Counted from the stretch's first letter, positions 10,261 through 21,010 are shown. The stretch: DNA of 64,000 bases from Candidatus Sulfomarinibacteraceae bacterium (GCA_963796455.1 CAWCLO010000004.1:1-64000); one strand, 5' to 3'. The notes: generated from the letters alone by a model not told the origin. A program made the numbers and translations.

Positions 10261-12193
10261 CCGAAGAACTGGAATACCCCAGAAAAGACCGCCGGGCAGG
10301 CGAGCGTCGCGCGAGCGGCCCAGCCTGGCAGCGTTTGATGAACCGACCGGGTCAGTTCGTTCTGGATGCCTGCGTTCTGGGCAGCGCATTTGTTCTCTCG
10401 TACCTCCTTCGTTTCGAGTTTGATATCCCTGCTCATGAGATTCATTCGATGGCCGTCCAGCTGCCGATGGTCCTCTTCCTCCAATTCGGTGCGATGCAGG
10501 CCTTTGGCATCTACACCTTCATGTGGCGCTATGTGGGGATGGCCGAGATCGGCGCATTCATCAAGGCTGGGTGGTGGTCGCTGCTGCCTCTGGTGCTGTT
10601 GCGCCTGGGTCTGCCGGACGGGCTGAGTGATTGGCGGGTTCCGCTGTCCATCTGTGTGATGACCACACTCTTCGGTATTGGCGGGGTGCTCGCATTGAGG
10701 GTTCTGCGGCGGGCGGTTTACGAAGGCTACGAAACCAAGAGCAGGGGAGATGCTGCGCGCGGCAGGAACGGGCGCCACAAACCGGTGTTGCTTGTCGGCG
10801 CCGGACGCGCCGGAGTGCAGGCCGCCCGCGAGATCGTCAGCCGGGGAGATATGGATATCGAAATCCAGGGTTTTGTCGACGACGACCCGCTCAAACAGGG
10901 CACCGTGATCCACGGGATCAAGGTCATCGGCACCACCTCCGACCTCCCGCGCCTTGTTGGGGACCTCGGCGTTCACCACGTCGTCATCACCATTGCCCAG
11001 GCCTCCCGCACCGATATTCGCCGCATCGTGGAGATCTGCGAGAGCATCCCGATCAAGGCCCAGATCATCCCCGGTCTCTATCAGATCCTCAGCGGATCGG
11101 TCGAGATCAGCCGGATCAGAGACATCGAGATCGAGGATCTGCTGGGGCGCGATTCCGTCACCCTTGACGAGGATCTCCTGCGCTCGTATCTCGACGGCAA
11201 GACCGTCATGGTGACCGGTGCCGGCGGATCTATCGGCGCCGAGCTGGCGCGCCAGGTTGCTCGATACGGTGCGGGCACATTGCTGCTGGTCGAAAGGGCC
11301 GAATTCGCGCTCTTCGAGATCGACCGAGAGTTGAAGAACAGTTGGCCGGATCTGGACATCGTCCCGTTGGTTGCGGATGTCTGCGATCGTGATTTGATGG
11401 CGGGTCACATGAAGCGATATGCCCCGTCCGTGGTGATCCATTCGGCGGCCCACAAACACGTTCCGATGATGGAGTCCAACCCCATCGAGGCGGTCAAGAA
11501 CAACATCCTCGCGACCCGTGAGCTCGGTGAGGTTGCGGGCGAGGCCGGGGTCGAGTCCTTTGTCCAGATCTCGACCGACAAGGCGGTGCGGCCGACATCG
11601 GTGATGGGTGCCTCCAAGAGGATCGCGGAACTTGCGGTTCAGGATCTCAACCACCGCTACCCGACTCGTTTCGTCTCGGTCCGTTTCGGAAATGTTCTGG
11701 GATCGGCGGGCTCGGTGATCCCGGTCTTTCGCGAGCAGATCCTCGCTGGCGGACCGGTGACGGTCACCCACCCGGATATGGTGCGTTACTTCATGACCAT
11801 CCCCGAGGCCTCCCAGCTCGTCCTGGAAGCGGGCGCGATGGGCGAGGGCGGTGAGATCTTCATCCTCGACATGGGCGAGCCGGTGCGGATCTTCGATATG
11901 GCCAAGGACATGATCGGCTCTCTTCGGGCTCAAACCCTTCGACGATATCGACATCGTCTTTACCGGCAAGCGCCCGGGTGAAAAGCTCTTCGAGGAGCTC
12001 GAGACCGTCGGTGAGCACATCACCAAGACAAAGCACCCGAAAATCTTCATCGGCACCATCCAGACTTATGAGGACAAAGAGATGGCGGCGGTACTGGAGA
12101 AGCTCCGAGAGCTCTCGGTGCTTGGCAGTGAATCAGAGCTCCGGAGATACTTCAACCAGTCTGCTGCCGGAGGCGAGGGTGAGCGAAGGCTAA
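10257..12193 (+). CDS. Nucleoside-diphosphate sugar 4,6-dehydratase (CapD/PglF-like), two apparent frameshifts (~11915, ~12160)
   Basis: TGAGGSIG, HSAAHKHVP, ISTDKAV, MGASKR, VRFGNVLGS.GSV; conserved tail DIDIVFTGKRPGEKLFEEL continues in another frame. Confidence 0.9.
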
Positions 12194-12214
12194 CCAGGTG
12201 TCGGGGCCGCGATC

Positions 12215-13063
12215 TCACGGGTGCTGATTCGGGTCGCCTTGCATTCGGTTGAGTTTCACGCTGTTGGCTCCCCGTTCCTGCGGTTGTCGGGAGCAGGGAA
12301 AGCGCTTGAGCCAATGTCCAAGGATACGTTGTTCTTCGTCGCGGTGTGCGTCGTCGAGGAAAATCGTTGCATCCGAAGAGAGATGGTCCCACAAGATTGG
12401 AAGCGCAGGAAAACGAATCTCGGGTGCGATATATCCAGGCGGACCGTCAACCAGTAGTACATCGATACTGGGCAGTTCGTGCAGGAACCCATCAGGAAGT
12501 TCGTACCACTGCATATTCCGACCTTCGACCTCGATATCACAAAGGGGCGCTGCAACAATGGTCGCAAACTCTGTGAGACCGGAGCGGCGGAGAAGACCAC
12601 TGACGAGATCTGCCCAACGTTCGTCGTGTTCCAACGAGAAAAGATGGCCGTTTCCTCGAGATCTGAGAGTTCGGGCGATATAGACGGTGGAGATACCGCT
12701 ACCGCACTCGACGATTGTTTCCGCATCCGTAGATTCGATGGTTGTCAGGATGTCTAACAGGTCAACGGGAAAAAGAGCCCACGGACTCCATGGAAGTGTC
12801 GAACTGAAACCGTCGGTTCCCAGTTGGATCAGAGCTCTGACCTGATCGACTCGAGGGTCTTCGATGTCGAGTTTTCTCCAGAGCACCTCTTTCCAATGCC
12901 AGCAGAAAATGATCCCCAGGAAAGCGGACAATCCAAAACCAATAGCGAGGCCAAGAGGTTGAGAGACTGCTGACAGGAAATAAACGATTGCCGTCAGAAC
13001 CCCGCCGATGAAGATGGCTATCAACAAGATGCGGATTCGGGCATGGTTCGTGTTTTTGGTCAT
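12215..13063 (-). CDS. Class I SAM-dependent methyltransferase with N-terminal TM helices
   Basis: IVECGSGIST, SLEHD, LLVDGPP, IFLDDA.R. Confidence 0.82.
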   Translation of the reverse strand: MTKNTNHARIRILLIAIFIGGVLTAIVYFLSAVSQPLGLAIGFGLSAFLGIIFCWHWKEVLWRKLDIEDPRVDQVRALIQLGTDGFSSTLPWSPWALFPVDLLDILTTIESTDAETIVECGSGISTVYIARTLRSRGNGHLFSLEHDERWADLVSGLLRRSGLTEFATIVAAPLCDIEVEGRNMQWYELPDGFLHELPSIDVLLVDGPPGYIAPEIRFPALPILWDHLSSDATIFLDDAHRDEEQRILGHWLKRFPCSRQPQERGANSVKLNRMQGDPNQHP

Positions 13064-13335
13064 GTTCACCGACAAGGCTACACCATGAAGGCCCACTGTT
13101 TGACCTCGGAAGAGAGGCCGCCTGATCGAGAAGGTTCATTTTAAGGAGTCAGAAAGCTTGGGGTGAGCATTGAGAAGCGGCCGGAAATCTCGTTCGGCAG
13201 CTTCTCAATATTCGCAGTGAGTGGCGCGCCTACACACGGAATTCCGTTTCGGCTTCGATTCGGTCGACGGCAAAACGCATTGTTCGACGCCGCCGCCGCC
13301 GACTCAGCGTCCTGACGACATGTACTATCGAATTC

Positions 13336-13360
13336 AACCCGGGCCCGGCCTGGGTTTTTT
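13336..13360 (+). terminator. Intrinsic terminator-like hairpin
   Basis: AACCCGGGC-ccg-GCCTGGGTT stem running into a T6 tract. Confidence 0.55.
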
Positions 13361-13405
13361 CGTGTCACTTTGAGTGAACGGTGACTCAAATGTTAAGCTC
13401 GATAC

Positions 13406-14617
13406 ATGGCCCAGGACTTCCGATTCGATCCTCCGGCTATCGAGCCGCGGGAAGAGCTTGTGTGGATTCTCCGGCGGGCATTCGGGCCGCGGGAGGTGGC
13501 ACTCGACCCTGTTGGCACATGGGCCCGGTTGGTGGTGGTCAAACTGGCGAACGATCTCGATCTGGCAGCCAGGATCGCCTCGCGGGTGCCTCCGGAGCTT
13601 CTGGATGTGGAAGTAGGGTCGGAAGCGGCCGCTGGGATCAGAGAGGCGCACGCATCGGCGGCGACTGTGTCGTTGATGGTGGACCGGGTCTGTGACGAGA
13701 TCGTGGAGGTCGCGGCTTCGTGGTCGACCCGCGCGATTTTCCTCAAAGGGGCGGCTCTTCAGCTTGGTGGTTTTGTTTCTGCAGGGGCGCGTTCGATGGG
13801 CGACGTGGACGTTCTGGTGCCTGAGGCCGAGGCGGAAGGCCTGCAGAAGGCTCTCATCAATCGCGGCTGTCAAGCGGTGGATGCTCCGGTCAGCGATCAC
13901 CAGCTGCAATGGCTCAATCACCCAAGTGGATTGGGCATCGAGGTGCACACGGTGATTCCGGGAGTGCGTTTCAAGGGCACCTCGTCGGCCACCCTGCAAG
14001 AGGTGTTGGAGGGTGATGCAGGTCATCAGCTCGATAAACAACCGGGCGAAGTGTTCGTGCCGAGGGTCTGGCTGCTGATGGCCCACCTTCTTGTTCACGG
14101 CATCGCTCAGCACGGTCTCAAACCGGAAAGTTACCCGGCGACTCGGATGCTTGCCGATCTCCAGGATGTGGTGCCGGAACGCGGGCGCTGGGATCTGGCA
14201 ATGCCGGAGGTGATGCCGTGGATCGAGCGCGATGTGACCGAAGAAGAGGTCACTGCCTGCCGCGATCTGGCGAACGATCTGTCGATGGGCGTCGATCCGG
14301 CAGGGCTCATCACATCCGACAGCAGGGAAGGAAAATATCTTCGCCACGTGATTGCGGCCTCGACCGATCCGGAGTACGGCAAGGCGATCCGCTTGCATTC
14401 ATTGACGCGGCCGGTCTCGGCGCAGGGAAATTCGAAACGACTCCTTCGCGACGCCTGGCGAACCGTGTGGCTCACCAACACGCAGATCGATCAGCTTTAC
14501 GGGCCGCCCGATCTGATCTTCGGCTATTGGGCCCGCCGCTTGTGGCGCCCCTTCGAACTGGTCGGTCGAACCATCCGCTATGGCGCTGCCTGGGCGAAGC
14601 ACAAGTTGCGCCGCTAG
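13406..14617 (+). CDS. Uncharacterised nucleotidyltransferase family protein
   Basis: FLKGAAL, R.MGDVDVLV, IEVH, HLLVH, LADL motifs. Confidence 0.8.
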   Translation: MAQDFRFDPPAIEPREELVWILRRAFGPREVALDPVGTWARLVVVKLANDLDLAARIASRVPPELLDVEVGSEAAAGIREAHASAATVSLMVDRVCDEIVEVAASWSTRAIFLKGAALQLGGFVSAGARSMGDVDVLVPEAEAEGLQKALINRGCQAVDAPVSDHQLQWLNHPSGLGIEVHTVIPGVRFKGTSSATLQEVLEGDAGHQLDKQPGEVFVPRVWLLMAHLLVHGIAQHGLKPESYPATRMLADLQDVVPERGRWDLAMPEVMPWIERDVTEEEVTACRDLANDLSMGVDPAGLITSDSREGKYLRHVIAASTDPEYGKAIRLHSLTRPVSAQGNSKRLLRDAWRTVWLTNTQIDQLYGPPDLIFGYWARRLWRPFELVGRTIRYGAAWAKHKLRR

Positions 14618-14692
14618 GTGTTCACCTTCCCGTGAGGATCCTCAACCGCTGGGGGGCTGAGGATTCCTTGCCAAAGAGGGGCCTGGAAGTAT

Positions 14693-15109
14693 TCAGGCCA
14701 GTTCGGAGGCGGGGAAGAAGAAGTTGACCTCGATGGCGGCGTTCTCGGGCGAGTCGGAGCCGTGGATCGAGTTGCGCTCGATCGACTCGCCGTAGAGCTT
14801 GCGGATGGTGCCTTCGTCGGCGTCGGCGGGGTTGGTGGCGCCCATGACCTTCCGCAGGTAGGTGACGGCATCCTCGCGCTCGAGAGCCAGCGGCCACACG
14901 GGGCCCGAGGTCATGTAGGCCACGAGATCGTTGTAGAAGGGGCGCTCCTTGTGCACGGCGTAAAAGGCCCGAGCCTGGGCCTGGTCAGGTGCATCATGCG
15001 GCCCGGCGAGGATCGTGAATCCTTCGTTTTCGAGGTGGGCGATGATCTTGCCGGCGTTGCCGTTCTCGACGGAGTCGGGTTTGATGATGGTCAGAGTGCG
15101 CTGGGTCAT
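14693..15109 (-). CDS. ndk: Nucleoside diphosphate kinase
   Basis: RTLTIIKPD, FY.VH.ERPF, MTSGP, MGATNP, GTIR, NSIHGSDS; GGAGG SD; short compensated frameshift near 14985-15005. Confidence 0.95.
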   Translation of the reverse strand: MTQRTLTIIKPDSVENGNAGKIIAHLENEGFTILAGPHDAPDQAQARAFYAVHKERPFYNDLVAYMTSGPVWPLALEREDAVTYLRKVMGATNPADADEGTIRKLYGESIERNSIHGSDSPENAAIEVNFFFPASELA

Positions 15110-15311
15110 GGTTCCTCCAGGGGGATCGTGCCCGGGTGGGGCGGGGGGATGATACACGATTGAATCATGAATGAGGAATGAGGAATCAAGAAAGTGGCAT
15201 GGACGCACCTTCGACGTGACTCAATGCGTTGCCGAGACGCTGATAAACTTGCGAAGTCTTTCCAGCATGATGGAGGTTCTGGTGGCGAGAGCTGATACCC
15301 TTTTCCAAGGC

Positions 15312-17138
15312 ATGAAATACCGGCTCGAGCCGGAATTCAGCGACCCCTCCTCGAGATTTCCGTGTCTCGCTTTGCGGATGCGGGGCCGGCTTTCCTTTTT
15401 GTACGGCGCCGAACAGGCCGATGATGTGTGGAGAGAATTGGAACGGGCTCCTCAAGGTACACCAGGCCCACGCGACCGAGGAGATCGATCCGCAGAAGCC
15501 GAGTTCGATCCGTAGGAGCGATTTTCCGAACGAGACGTGATGCTGATCACCTACGGCGATCTCATCGTGTCCAAGGACCGGTCGCCCCTGAAAACCCTGG
15601 CCGACTGTGCGAGAAGTTTCTTCAGCGGCCTGATCACCACGATCCACATCCTGCCGTTCTACCCATATTCCTCGGATCGCGGGTTTTCGGTGATCTCCTT
15701 CGAAGAGGTGGACCCCAACTCGGGACCTGGGAGGACGTGGCCGAGCTCGAGGACGATTTCAAGCTGATGTTCGACGGCGTTTTCAACCACGTTTCGTCAA
15801 AGAGCTACTGGTTTCAACAGTTCCTCGCAGGCAACCCGGAGTATGAGGATTTCTTCACGGTCTTCGATACCACGAATGCGCTGTCCGAGGAGGAGCTCGA
15901 GATGATCCTGCGCCCGCGACCTCCTCGGTGCTGTCGGAGTTCGAGACGATCAACGGGCCGCGCTGGGTGTGGACGACTTTCTCCCAGGACCAGATCGACC
16001 TCAACTTCAAGAACCCGCAGGGTGCTGCTCAAGATCATCGAGATGCTGCTCTTTTACGTGCGGCAGGGGGCCGATCTGATCTGCGACTCGATGCGATCAC
16101 CTATCTGTGGGACGAACTCGGCACCTCCGTGCGCCCACCTCGAGCAGACCCACGAGGTCGTCAAGCTGTTGCGTGACGTGCTCGATGCGGTCGCGCCGCA
16201 CGTGGCTCTGGTGACCGAGACCAACGTGCCCCACGAGCGACAACATCACCTATTTCGGCGACGGGACCGACGAGGCGCAGATGGTCTACAATTTCGCCCT
16301 GCCGCCGCTGGTCCTGCACGCGTTTCACAACGCCGACGCCACGTGCGCTGACCGATGGGCGGCCGGCCTCGATCCGCCGTCGGCGACCACCGCATTCTTC
16401 AATTTCCTCGATTCCCACGACGGCATCGGCGTCATGGGGGCCGCGGGACATCTTGACGAAGATCAGATCGGGAGGATGTGCGAAGGGTCCGGGAGCACGG
16501 CGGTTTCATCTCGATGAAGACCGGACGGCGACGGCACCAAAAGCCCCTACGAGCTCAACATCACCTGGTTTTCAGCTCTCAATAACCAGAACGGGGATGG
16601 CAAAGAAATCCAGGTCGCTCGTTTCATCGCGTCACGGGCGATCGCGCTGGTGCTGCGGGGCGTGCCGGGGATCTACCTGCCGAGCATGGTCGGCCACCGG
16701 AACGATGTGGAAGCGGTTTTTCGCGAGAATAGCCGGCGGAGCATCAATCGATCGCGAATCGTAGAGAGTCAGCTTTTCAGACTGATTCGAAACGAAGAGG
16801 CGATGGCGGCCCGGGTTGCTCGTGCCTACCTTCACCTTCTCGAGGTCCGGGTGGCGGAGCCGGCCTTCCACCCGAACGCCCCTCAGCAAGTACTCGATCT
16901 CGGCCCGAGCGTCTTTGCGGTCGTCCGAGCGGCCATCGAGGGCGATTCGGCCGTGCTCTGCCTGATCAACGTCAGCGATGACGAAGTGGCGTTCCGGATC
17001 GATCTGGCTCAGGCGGGTCTTGCTGCGGGCAAAATGGTCGACCTCGTGTCGGCGGAGCCGATCGAGGCAGGTTCGGGTCACCTCGAACTGAAGCTCGGTC
17101 CGTACGCTGTGCAACTGCTCAAAGGAGATCGTGCGTGA
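15312..17138 (+). CDS. GH13 sugar phosphorylase (sucrose/glucosylglycerate phosphorylase family), broken by several indels and one in-frame TAG
   Basis: Fragments in order: LITYGD, IHILPFYPYSSDRGFSV, DGVFNHVS, WTTFS.DQIDLNF, RLDAITYLW, TETNVPH, VYNFALPPLVLHAF, NFLDSHDGIG, PYELNITW, GVPGIY. Confidence 0.85.
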
Positions 17139-18121
17139 GAATCTTGGCCGGTGATATCGGGGGCACCAAGACCCGTCTCGGTCTGTTCGAGAGCGACGGC
17201 GGGCGATTGATCCTGGACGAGGAGCGCAGCTACGCGAGCGCCGACCACCGTGGTTTCGCCGAAATCATCCGGGAATTCAGCGATCCATTGGGGATGGAGA
17301 TCGACAGCGCATGTTTCGGGATTGCCGGACCGGTCACAGGTCGCAGGGTTGCAGTGACCAACCTTCCCTGGGTGGTCGATGCTGATGAATTCGAGAGTAC
17401 CTTCGGTATCAAACCCGTCTTGCTGCTCAACGATCTCGAGGCGACAGCGTGGGGTCTTTTCGAGGTAGCAGCAGAGGACCTCCACCTCCTCAACCCGGGC
17501 CTCGTCGATACTACCGGGAACGCTGCGGTGATTGCCGCCGGCACCGGGCTTGGCGAAGCCGGTCTTTATTGGAACGGTCGGGTGTTCGCGCCCTTTGGTT
17601 GCGAGGGCGGACATACGTCCTTTTCTCCGACCGACGAGATCGGGGACGGCCTGCTGCGGTTCCTGCGCGAAAAATACGAGACGGTGAGCTGGGAAAGGGT
17701 GCTGTCCGGCCCGGGGCTTGCAGATCTCTACCGCTATCTGCTCGAGATCGAGGGGCGAGATGCTCCTCGGTGGTTTGTGGCGGCCGATGAGGCGGGTGAT
17801 CCCGTGCCGGCGATCTCGGCCGCCGCCATCGCCGAACGCTGCAGGACATCCGTTCGAGCCCTGAAGGTCTTCTGCCGCCTTTATGGTGAGGAGGCCGGCA
17901 ATCTGGCCCTCAAGCTGATGGCGACCGGCGGTGTGTGGGTCGGCGGCGGGATCGCTCCGAAGGTCCTTCCGGTCCTGGCCGAGCAGACCTTCATGGCCGG
18001 TTTCCTCGACAAAGGGCGGATGCGACCACTGCTGGAGAAGATGCCGGTCCGTGTGGTCCTCGATGACCGCGCCGCCCTCCTTGGTGCCGCTCGCTACGCA
18101 GCAAACGCCATCAGTCAATAA
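17135..18121 (+). CDS. glk: Glucokinase
   Basis: LAGDIGGTKTR, IAGPV, TNLPW, LNDLEA, AGTGLG, EGGH, ERVLSGPGL, GGGIAPK. Confidence 0.93.
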   Translation: MRILAGDIGGTKTRLGLFESDGGRLILDEERSYASADHRGFAEIIREFSDPLGMEIDSACFGIAGPVTGRRVAVTNLPWVVDADEFESTFGIKPVLLLNDLEATAWGLFEVAAEDLHLLNPGLVDTTGNAAVIAAGTGLGEAGLYWNGRVFAPFGCEGGHTSFSPTDEIGDGLLRFLREKYETVSWERVLSGPGLADLYRYLLEIEGRDAPRWFVAADEAGDPVPAISAAAIAERCRTSVRALKVFCRLYGEEAGNLALKLMATGGVWVGGGIAPKVLPVLAEQTFMAGFLDKGRMRPLLEKMPVRVVLDDRAALLGAARYAANAISQ

Positions 18122-18150
18122 TTGAACGCCAATGTTGCCCGAAACCAGAT

Positions 18151-18341
18151 GGGGCGGGCCCTGAAGGACCCGCCTACGCCACCATTGGAACGGTAAGCGA
18201 GATTGGCGAGATCGCAATCGGAGAAACCGCAGATCACGCAGATGAACGCGGATATTGCAGTGTTCCTATCTGCGTCAACCTGCGCTATCTGCAGTAACTC
18301 CGAACTCCGAACTCCGAACTCCGAACTCCGAACTCCGAACT
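18151..18341. repeat. Intergenic repeat cluster: REP-like hairpin, inverted CGCAGAT-type units, (AACTCCG)6 array
   Basis: GGCGGG-ccctgaagga-CCCGCC at ~18152; cgcagatcacgcagatgaacgcggat facing atctgcgtcaacctgcgctatctgc; six AACTCCG at 18296-18337. Confidence 0.85.
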
Positions 18342-18458
18342 TTCTCCCTCCATTGCCCCATCTCGAGACGATGTGTCCCAACTTCAAACACCGGTCGCGG
18401 CCTGAAAGTTGACTCCGAGTTGGCATTGGCCTTGCAGTAGGGATGGGCGGAGGCGGAA

Positions 18459-18836
18459 ATGAGAGAACGGAGACGAAGTCCACGCTACGAAGTCGACAGA
18501 GGGATCACCGGTCACCTCAAGCCGACGATCGAGGTCCGGATCATGGATATCTCGGAACATGGACTGATGATCGAGTCTCCGACGGGTCTGCCTCCAGCGG
18601 GTATCTGCGAGCTGACCATCAACATGCCGAGTGGTCCGAAGAAGATTCGGGCCAGGGTTGCCCGATGCCGCGCGCAGATGGTGAAGCGGGCGGCCGGCAA
18701 GGTGGTGGTCAGGTTCCACGCGGGTCTCGAGTTTCTCGAAGACTTTGCCGAAGGGCTGGAAGTCAAGGAGCTCATTTCAGAACTCTGTTCGCTCGAAGTT
18801 TCGGTCGCTGCTGAACCGATCAAAAAAGCAATGTGA
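18459..18836 (+). CDS. Stand-alone PilZ domain protein
   Basis: RRRSPR (RxxxR) and DISEHG (D/NxSxxG) c-di-GMP motifs; terminal GLEF. Confidence 0.85.
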   Translation: MRERRRSPRYEVDRGITGHLKPTIEVRIMDISEHGLMIESPTGLPPAGICELTINMPSGPKKIRARVARCRAQMVKRAAGKVVVRFHAGLEFLEDFAEGLEVKELISELCSLEVSVAAEPIKKAM

Positions 18837-18887
18837 TGTGACGTCGGGTCCACCAGAATCCGCCCTCCGGGTGGGCTCTACGTCGAG

Positions 18888-18924
18888 AACCGCGAGGCCG
18901 TTGTTGGCCTCGCGGGTTTTTTTT
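18888..18924 (+). terminator. Intrinsic terminator after the PilZ gene
   Basis: CCGCGAGGCC-gttgtt-GGCCTCGCGG followed by T8. Confidence 0.8.
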
Positions 18925-19030
18925 AACCCTTGGTTTTTGAGGTTTTCTGCTGCGGGCGGCGATGCGTCCTGCTTTGTTGCATTTTCCTGCCGAGACGGGC
19001 TCGATGGGCAAGAAGTCGATGTAAGATCTG

Positions 19031-19336
19031 TTGGTTGTGAATGGCTTTGAGGTTGATGGCGCGACGCCGGGTGAGTTTGTCGCACAGGTGAGATCGGAGC
19101 TCGAGGTGCGCGACCTTGGCGGACTGGCTGATCTCTGTCTCGAAGGAACCGAGTTGGTCTTCAGGGTTCGGTGGATGGGGAGTTCGGAACTTCGTTATCG
19201 CCTCACCGATCGCGACAACGGTTTTGCGGCACGATTGTCCGGGGAACGGATGTCAGCCTTTCACGCACCATTCAAACAGAAATTCATCGAGCGTTTTGAT
19301 CAAATCATCGAGGCGGTCGGCGCTCGATCGATCTGA
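19031..19336 (+). CDS. Hypothetical protein
   Basis: ~100-aa ORF filling the gap, protein-like composition; start uncertain. Confidence 0.55.
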   Translation: MVVNGFEVDGATPGEFVAQVRSELEVRDLGGLADLCLEGTELVFRVRWMGSSELRYRLTDRDNGFAARLSGERMSAFHAPFKQKFIERFDQIIEAVGARSI

Positions 19337-19358
19337 CGCACCGGTATCGCGATTGCAG

Positions 19359-19886
19359 CTACCACTCGATCTCGGCGAGGACCCCGATCAGCTGTTCGAC
19401 GCGTGCCGCGGAATCGTCGCCCGCAGGGTATCGATAGTGGATGGTGACCAGCTGATTACCGGTGAAGTGGAGGGCCAGGATGACGGTCTCCTCGATCACT
19501 GCGCCGCCCTCGGAAAAGCGTCCACGCGAATAAAACGCGGAACCGAAGTCACCTGTCAACTCCTGTGCACCGAGGTATTTACCATCTGGAAGTGACTCGA
19601 TCGCCGCCTGATGATCATTGACCGACGCGACCAGATTGACGGCGTGCACCTCGGGGCTGACCGTGAACCACACGGTCCCGGTGGATTGCTCGCCGGCCGG
19701 ACGCAGTTCGAGAATGTCTCCCTGGTTCTTCGCGACCACCAGGTCGATCGGAACCGATGCCAACCTGATGCCGAGGTCGGTGTTTTCGACGCCGTCGGGG
19801 ATCGGAGGTGGCTCCGGTGGTGCTGCGCAGGAGAGCACTGCCACCACGGCGAGGACCGAGACGGTCAACCGAATCGGGGAGATCAT
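19359..19886 (-). CDS. Hypothetical lipoprotein
   Basis: Signal peptide with lipobox VLSC followed by a Pro-rich linker. Confidence 0.7.
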   Translation of the reverse strand: MISPIRLTVSVLAVVAVLSCAAPPEPPPIPDGVENTDLGIRLASVPIDLVVAKNQGDILELRPAGEQSTGTVWFTVSPEVHAVNLVASVNDHQAAIESLPDGKYLGAQELTGDFGSAFYSRGRFSEGGAVIEETVILALHFTGNQLVTIHYRYPAGDDSAARVEQLIGVLAEIEW

Positions 19887-19888
19887 GC

Positions 19889-20857
19889 TCACACCTCTTT
19901 GATAAGAGGAACAGCGACACACTCGGCGAGATCGACTTCGTGGTCGGTCGCACAATGCATGCACCGCATATGCACCTTCTGGCCATCGGTGCGGTACTCG
20001 AGCTCTCGCTCTCCACAGGAACCGCAGATGAAGTTGCGCGCATATCCCCAATCAATGACCACGTCCTTCTTGAAAGAGGAATCCTTGTCGAGGTGCCAGG
20101 ACATGTTCTTTGCGAGGTCGCCGTTCGCCATTGGAAACGGGGTGTGAAAAATGGCCTGGAGCCGGAACTTGGCTTTTTTGGTCGTGATCCGACCGCCGCC
20201 ATAGTCCACATCCTTGATCATTTCGTATGGAATGGACTCGAATTTGCCTTCGCGGATCGTGACCATCCTTCGCGAGGTGAGAAGCAGCGGCCCCTCAGCC
20301 GACTCCAGCCGCAGGAAGGGGACCTCTTCCCTGATCAGCACGTTCGAAAAGTCGGCGGCTGCCTCCTTTTTGAGCGGGGTTTGCTCCATGTACTGCATCG
20401 CCCGGTGCAACCATTCCTCTCGAACCTGCATCGCCTTGATCATGGCCTGTTCGAGGGTGTGGTCCTTCTGCATTTTGAGGAGTTGTTCCCGTTCGTATTT
20501 GGCAAAAACGACGCCGCAACGGTCGCATTCGTCTGCGGTGTTCGAGACCGCGTGTTTGCACGCAGGACACCGCCGTACCGAGTCATCTTCGGCAAACTCG
20601 GCATCGACCGGCGCTTGATCGCTGACCCGGATATCGATGAGGATCCCGGCGTTGTACAGCGAGTCAGCCATCTTGTTCGCCTGTTCGGTGTCGAGTGACT
20701 CGAAAATGGCCTTGGTCGAAGGCGGAAAGCGCTCCGAAAAATCGTCGGATGGACGACCGGTCAGCCGTTCCATATTGGCGGCGAATCGGATGCGCCCCGC
20801 TTTGGACGGATCAGTCAGCCCGAGCACGTGGATATCGTACGAATAGGTCTCGCTCAT
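19889..20857 (-). CDS. Hypothetical protein with two zinc-ribbon-like CxxC pairs
   Basis: CPAC..CDRC and CGSC..CMHC; GAGG SD. Confidence 0.75.
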   Translation of the reverse strand: MSETYSYDIHVLGLTDPSKAGRIRFAANMERLTGRPSDDFSERFPPSTKAIFESLDTEQANKMADSLYNAGILIDIRVSDQAPVDAEFAEDDSVRRCPACKHAVSNTADECDRCGVVFAKYEREQLLKMQKDHTLEQAMIKAMQVREEWLHRAMQYMEQTPLKKEAAADFSNVLIREEVPFLRLESAEGPLLLTSRRMVTIREGKFESIPYEMIKDVDYGGGRITTKKAKFRLQAIFHTPFPMANGDLAKNMSWHLDKDSSFKKDVVIDWGYARNFICGSCGERELEYRTDGQKVHMRCMHCATDHEVDLAECVAVPLIKEV

Positions 20858-20930
20858 ACAGCACCTCGCATTGATTCAAGTATATCCGACGGTTTCGCGG
20901 GTTTGTCCCCTGGTCCACACCTCGCAGGGT

Positions 20931-21010
20931 AGAAAGGGAGAAGGGGGAAAGGGAGACCGCCATCCAGGCTGCTCCGCAAATTCCGAACTCCGAACTCCGA
21001 ACTCCGAACT
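20931..21010. repeat. Short octamer (AAAGGGAG-like) and heptamer (AACTCCG) arrays
   Basis: agaaagggagaagggggaaagggag; aattccg(aactccg)3aact. Confidence 0.75.

Noticed and set aside
10140..12059. 639-aa minus-strand ORF, and similar long overlapping ORFs (56300-57517, 51020-52144, 30856-32544, 17078-18217)
   Set aside because: Shadow or alternate-frame ORFs of well-supported genes in GC-rich DNA, with no recognisable motifs.
13141..14617. Lasso-peptide cluster around the nucleotidyltransferase
   Set aside because: No precursor, cyclase, B protein or PqqD-like gene nearby.
15513..15515. In-frame TAG in the GH13 gene as readthrough or pyrrolysine recoding
   Set aside because: It lies in a stretch with many indels, and TAG is used as a normal stop elsewhere in the window; error or decay is simpler.
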